Shown here piece after piece: positions 59,339 to 64,000 of a stretch of 64,000 nt of DNA; the first letter of the stretch is position 1, and the number at the start of each line of letters is the position of its first letter. The stretch comes from an uncultured Phycisphaerales bacterium (GTDB lineage Bacteria > Planctomycetota > Phycisphaerae > Tepidisphaerales > Tepidisphaeraceae). The notes beneath the pieces were generated by a model. That model saw only the letters and a program-made list of their open reading frames with translations, was not told where the DNA came from and made no database searches. The DNA lies in NCBI GenBank assembly GCA_963755915.1, contig CAVWLP010000003.1, positions 992,001-1,056,000 of the forward strand. Reading direction: 5' to 3'. A program made the position numbers and the translations under genes.

Positions 59339-59481
59339 CGAAATTCGAAACTCGAAATTCGAATGACGAATCAAATTCGAAATTCGAATGACGAAACATG
59401 GAGCGGGAACATCGCGATTATTGTTTCGAATTTTGGTCATTCGAGTTTGATTCGTCATTCGAATTTCGGGTTTCGAGTTTC
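59339..59481. repeat. Inverted heptamer-array element (TTCGAAA/TGACGAA)
   Basis: aaactcgaaattcgaatgacgaatcaaattcgaa...ttcgagtttgattcgtcattcgaatttcgggtttcgagttt; half copy at ~52110-52133. Confidence 0.8.
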
Positions 59482-59486
59482 CAGCC

Positions 59487-60614
59487 TCAACCTCTCATGG
59501 TTTCGGGGTCCAGTCCTTGCTCATGGCACCATCTTTGGTATTCGATGGGCGAAATCTCGCTGGGTTTGATTTCGCTGCGGCCGCCCCAGAAGACGTTGGT
59601 GTAGGAGACGGGGATTCCTTCTTTGGCGAGATGGTCGTCGATGGCTTGTTTGTGGGCGAGGAGGAGGTCTTTGTCGGTGCCGTGGGCGACGCCCATGACG
59701 TTGACGTTGTTGAATTCGGGGCCGCCTTCGCGCCAGTAGGCGTGGGTCATGATGTGGAAGCGGCCGACCTGTTTGCCGGCGTCGATTTCGCGGCCGGGGG
59801 GGACGGCCCAGTGGAAGAGGGCGTTGAAGCGGGTGACGCGCTGGCCGTCGGCGAGAGGTTTAACGTGTTCGAGGAAGGTGGAGAAGCGGCCGATGACGCC
59901 GTGGCGATTCAAATCGTCGGCGACCTGGTAGAATTCTTCGGGGGAGACACCGGCCTCGGCGGCGCGGGGGGTCCAGAGGTCGGTGGAGATTTCTTCGGGG
60001 GTGAATTCGCGCTTGAGGGCGACGAGGACGCGCCATTGGAGGTCGGTGAGGTGGACGATGCCGGTTTCGATGACGTCGGCGGGCTCGTCGGCTTTGCTGC
60101 CGGGCTCGATGCCGCGGCGGCGGACGTGGCCTACGCCGAGGACGAAGAGGCGTTTGGCGGGCATGAGCTTGAATTGCTCGGCGCCGGTGCGAATGCAGAG
60201 GTGGCGGCAGTGGGCGTCCATGGAGAAGCCCTGGGGGACTTTGAGGGTGGTCCAGAGGCGGTATTTGCTGCCGGCGACGGCGGAGTCGGTGCTGCGGATG
60301 ACGACGTGGCCGGAGAAGGGGTCTTGCTGGAACATCCAGTCGAAGGCGGAATTCAGTTTTTCGGGGGGGACGACCCAGGCGACGAGGGCGCCTTGGGCGA
60401 GGTTGGTGGCCAAGAGGGTTTGGCGGACGCGGCGGATGATGCCGGCGCGGAGCATGGCGGAGATGCGGTCGATGATTGTGTTGGGGTCGAGGGCGGTTTC
60501 TTTGGCGATTTGGGCGATGGGGTTGGGGGAGAAGCCGGGGATTCGATCCTCGGAGATTTCGAGGATTTTGGCGTTGATGGGGTCATTCAGAGAGGTTGGG
60601 ATGGTTTGGGTCAT
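59487..60614 (-). CDS. Fused AhbA/AhbB (NirDL/GH)-like Lrp/AsnC-fold protein, siroheme decarboxylase-like
   Basis: Two HTH+RAM halves; GIIRRV, ALVAWVV, GHVVIR; GVIGRF, NALFHWAV, THAYWR. Confidence 0.65.
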   Translation of the reverse strand: MTQTIPTSLNDPINAKILEISEDRIPGFSPNPIAQIAKETALDPNTIIDRISAMLRAGIIRRVRQTLLATNLAQGALVAWVVPPEKLNSAFDWMFQQDPFSGHVVIRSTDSAVAGSKYRLWTTLKVPQGFSMDAHCRHLCIRTGAEQFKLMPAKRLFVLGVGHVRRRGIEPGSKADEPADVIETGIVHLTDLQWRVLVALKREFTPEEISTDLWTPRAAEAGVSPEEFYQVADDLNRHGVIGRFSTFLEHVKPLADGQRVTRFNALFHWAVPPGREIDAGKQVGRFHIMTHAYWREGGPEFNNVNVMGVAHGTDKDLLLAHKQAIDDHLAKEGIPVSYTNVFWGGRSEIKPSEISPIEYQRWCHEQGLDPETMRG

Positions 60615-60777
60615 ATTTGGTTGCGGCGAGGCTTTTGGTGTTCGTCACGGCGAGCAAGCTCGCCGGCTACACGGACTATCCGCGTACACGGGTTTTGTTG
60701 ATCTCGGCGGGGGATTATGTAATCATAATTGTTTGAAGATGTCACGCCGCCGAGAGTGAAATCACGCGAGGAAACTG

Positions 60778-63219
60778 ATGTACGAACCGAGCACACAGGG
60801 TGAACCGTCGCCCGAAGCAAATGACCCGGAACAGGCGCAACCGCTGATTATTACGTTGCCGGATGATCCGGCGTCGAAGAAGGATTGGTATTTGTGGGCG
60901 GCGGTGCTGGGGCTGGTGGCGCTGGTGGCTTTTTGGCCGGCGATTGATGGGACGTCGTTTTTGTGGGACGACGATCAGTACGTTACGCAGAACAAGGCGT
61001 TGGATGATGCGGCGGGGCTGAGGGATATCTGGAAGATTCCGCCGGGGACGGTTCAGTATTATCCGCTGAGCTTTACCGTGCTGTGGGTGGAGCATCAGTT
61101 CTGGGGGGATAACCCGATGGGGTATCGGGTCGTGAGCCTGGTGTTGCACGCGGGGGCGGCGGTGGTGCTGTGGCGGCTGCTGCGGAGGCTGCGGCTGCCG
61201 GGGGCGTGGGCGGCGGCGGCGATCTGGGCGGTGCACCCGATGCAGGCGGAATCGGTGTGCTGGATCAGCGAATGTAAGAATGTGCTGAGCGGGTTTCTGG
61301 CAATTTCGGCGGCGGTGTTTTATCTGGAATATGCGGGGCTGTGCGATCCGGAGTCTGCGGAGAGGGTTTGGAAACTGACGGAGGACTGGCAGGCATATCT
61401 GATTGCGCTCGTGCTTTTTGTGCTGGCGGTGCTGGCGAAGACGGCGGTGGTTTTTGCGCCGATCGCGGTGCTGGCGGTTTTGTGGTGGAAGAAGAGGTTG
61501 AATGTTGCGCGGCGCTGGCGGTGGTGCCGATGCTGATTGTGGGGATTGGGCTTTCGCTGGTGACTTCGTATTTGGAGACGGATCCTGAGGGGAAGATTCG
61601 GGCGTCGGGATCGGAGTGGCGGTTTTCGTTTTTGCAGCGGGTTTTGATTTCGGGGAGGGATGTCTGGTTTTACATCGGGAAGCTGCTGGCGCCGATTCAT
61701 CAGTCGTTTGTTTATCCGCGGGAGGTGCCGGACGTGCATGATGGGGTGCAGTGGGCGTTTGCGATCGCGGCGGCGGCGATTTTGGCGGGGCTGGCGTTGT
61801 CGGTGAAGCGGATTGGGCGCGGGCCGGTTACGGCGGTGATTTGCTATCTGGCGCTGCTGTTTCCGGCGCTGGGATTTTTTGATGTGTATCCGTTCCGGTT
61901 TTCGTTCGTGGCGGATCACTTTCAGTACCTGGCGGGGATTCCGATTGTGGTGGCGGGGGTTTGGGTGGTGGCGTGGATATTGAGGCCGCTGTGGCAGAGG
62001 GGGGCGACTGGCGAGGCGGCGAAGCCGTCGGCGGCGATAGCGGTGCTGGCTTCGGCGCTGCTGGTTGTGCTGGGGGCGACTTCGTGGATTCGGGCGACGG
62101 TTTTCGAGGAGCCGGAGAATCTTTGGCAGGACACGGTGGAGAAGAATCCAGAGAGCTGGCTGGCGACTTACAGCCTGGCGAAGGTGAAGCAGGCGGATGC
62201 GAGCGAAGGGTTTGACGATGCGGCGCGGATTGCGGAGCAGAATGACGTCAATGACTCGCAGCTTGCGGCGAAGGATGCGCTGAGCCTGCTGGATGATTCG
62301 GATCATCTGCTGAACGAGACGCTGGCGAATCCTTCATCGCCGGATGATGTGAGGTATAAGGCGCTGGACCAGTTTGCGGAGAATGACATCACGCGGATGA
62401 GGACGCCGGATGCGAATGCGGCGGCGCTGCTGGAGGAGGCGGAGAATAAGTTGAAGGCGGCGCTGACGTATGAGGAGGCGCAGAACGATCCGCTGCCGTA
62501 TTACACGCTGGGGATAGTGGAATTGAACCGGCGCAGGAACTGGAGAAGAGGCTGGGGGCGGCGACGCGGGGGTCGGAGGTGAAGACGGTTGGGAAGGCGA
62601 CGACGCGGCCGTTTACGGCGCGGGAGCAGGAGGTTGTGGATCTGCTGAAGGCAGCGCGAGACGAGTTCCGCAAGGCGGGGGAGATCGCGGAGGCGCAGAA
62701 GGATTCACCGACGATCAGCCCGGAGGGGCGCAAGTGAGGCCGCTGGCGGCGCTGCAGACGGGGAACATCGACTGGTCGATGGCGCAGATGGCGCAGGAGC
62801 ATGGGAATAAGAGGATGGAAAACGAATTTAGCATGGATGCGCAGAGCGATTATGAGCTGGCGGTGAAGCTGAATCCGGACGATCCGGACAGCCGGTATAA
62901 GCTGGCGGTGGCGATGGAGAACCTGGGGCATTTCGCGGATGCGCGGGAGGAGCTGATGGTGATTTTGCGGGACCTGAATCATTACGATGCGCGGGCGTAT
63001 AACGAGATCGGACGAGTGATCCTGGAGAGCGGGCCGACGAACATGGAAGAGATGGATGCGGCGATCGAGTCGTTCCGGGACGCGATTCAGTTGAATCCGA
63101 ACCTGGCGGAGGCGCAGAGGAATCTGGCGCTGGCGTTGAAGATGAAGGCGGGGGCACATGCGACGACGCAGATGAGTGCGACGGCGCCGTCGGTGAAGGG
63201 GATGGCGACGAGACCCTAA
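60778..63219 (+). CDS. TMTC-like GT-C protein with C-terminal TPRs (frameshifts near 61515, 62530 and 62725)
   Basis: WDDDQYV, QYYPL, HPMQAESVCWISE.KNVL, FVADHFQYL, LWQDT..KNP, TPR-like C-terminus. Confidence 0.8.
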
Positions 63220-63262
63220 ACGCGCACCCCTGCGGGGTTGCGGCTAAACATGATAGGGTGAA

Positions 63263-64000
63263 ATGGTTCGGCAAATTGTTCAGGTTGCGGGGCTGATTGC
63301 GATTTCTTTGATCGCGTATTTTCCGGCGCTGGGGAATGGGTTTATCTGGGATGATGACCGGTATATCGAGCAGAATTATCAGCTTCATTCGCCGGGGGGA
63401 TTGGAGCGGATTTGGACGCGGCCGCTGAGCGCGGAGCCGCAGTATTATCCGGTGACGCATACGTCGCTTTGGGTGGAATATCATTTGTGGGGGGCGAAGC
63501 CGCTGGGGTATCACCTGGATAATATTCTGCTGCACGCGCTGGGGGCGGTGATTTTGTGGAGGATTTTGCTGAGGCTGGAGATCGCGGGGGCGTGGGTGGC
63601 GGCGGCGGTTTGGGCGGTGCATCCGTTGCAGGTGGAATCGGTGGCTTGGGCGACGGAGAGAAAGAATGTATTGAGTGGGGTTTTGTATTTTTTGGCGGGG
63701 TGGGCGTATTTGCGATCCCGAGATTTCTGGTGTCCGACCCCCTCCCCTGCCCTCCCCCGGAGTACCGGGGGCGGGGGTTTGATGTTGTGGTATGTCGCGA
63801 GTTTGGTGCTTTTCATTGCGGCGTTGCTGACGAAATCGGTGACTTCTACGTTGCCTGCTGCGATTTTGATTTTGTGTTGGTGGAAGAGGGGGAGGATTTC
63901 TGTCCGGGATTTTTGTCTGTGGTTCCGATGCTGATTCTTGGGGGGGCGATGGGGAGTCTTACGGGTTGGATGGAGAAGCATGTGGTGGGGGCAATGGGGG
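63263..64000 (+). CDS. Second TMTC-like GT-C paralog (partial, runs off the window)
   Basis: WDDDRYI, QYYPV, HPLQVESVAWATERKNVL. Confidence 0.8.
63735..63777. repeat. GTAC palindromic repeat in frame within the TMTC-like gene
   Basis: Differs at about one position from 57005-57047; encodes PTPSPALPRSTGGG. Confidence 0.85.

Noticed and set aside
59339-59481. Possible CRISPR array
   Set aside because: Units are 7-nt tandem repeats in inverted arms, without unique spacers or cas genes
1-64000. tRNA, rRNA, integrase, transposase or prophage genes
   Set aside because: None recognised by eye

Overview
High-GC bacterial chromosomal segment. It is most likely Planctomycetota (Phycisphaerae/Tepidisphaerales-like), inferred from a LENLESRQMFS planctomycete N-terminal motif, a dockerin-like + PEP-CTERM protein and the gene repertoire. 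1.6-19.6 kb is one minus-strand type IV pilus/T2SS-like operon: two GspG/PilA-like pilins, four minor pilins, PilMNO(P), secretin, TPR lipoprotein, ATPase and PilC. A four-gene signalling cassette (PAS histidine kinase, receiver, GAF-HD-GYP, STAS) is embedded inside it. The rest mixes housekeeping genes (nadC, uvrB, purC, nadD, waaA, ribBA, sigma factors, SurA-like PPIase) with accessory genes (calpain, twin-DTG aspartic protease, PL4 lyase-PEP-CTERM, GT-C/TMTC-like transferases, two damaged toxin-antitoxin loci). Signals not in the ORF track: (1) a GTAC-centred palindromic repeat family that sits in frame inside coding sequence, notably in prepilin leader peptides; (2) a c-di-AMP (ydaO) riboswitch with a ~105-nt structured insertion upstream of a KimA/YdaO-like transporter; (3) a higB C-terminal remnant abutting a repeat; (4) a strong C-rich to G-rich strand-skew inversion across the window. 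Many genes carry single-base frameshifts, probably long-read assembly errors, so the coordinates of those genes are reconstructed by eye. All calls are from motif reading; no database searches were run.
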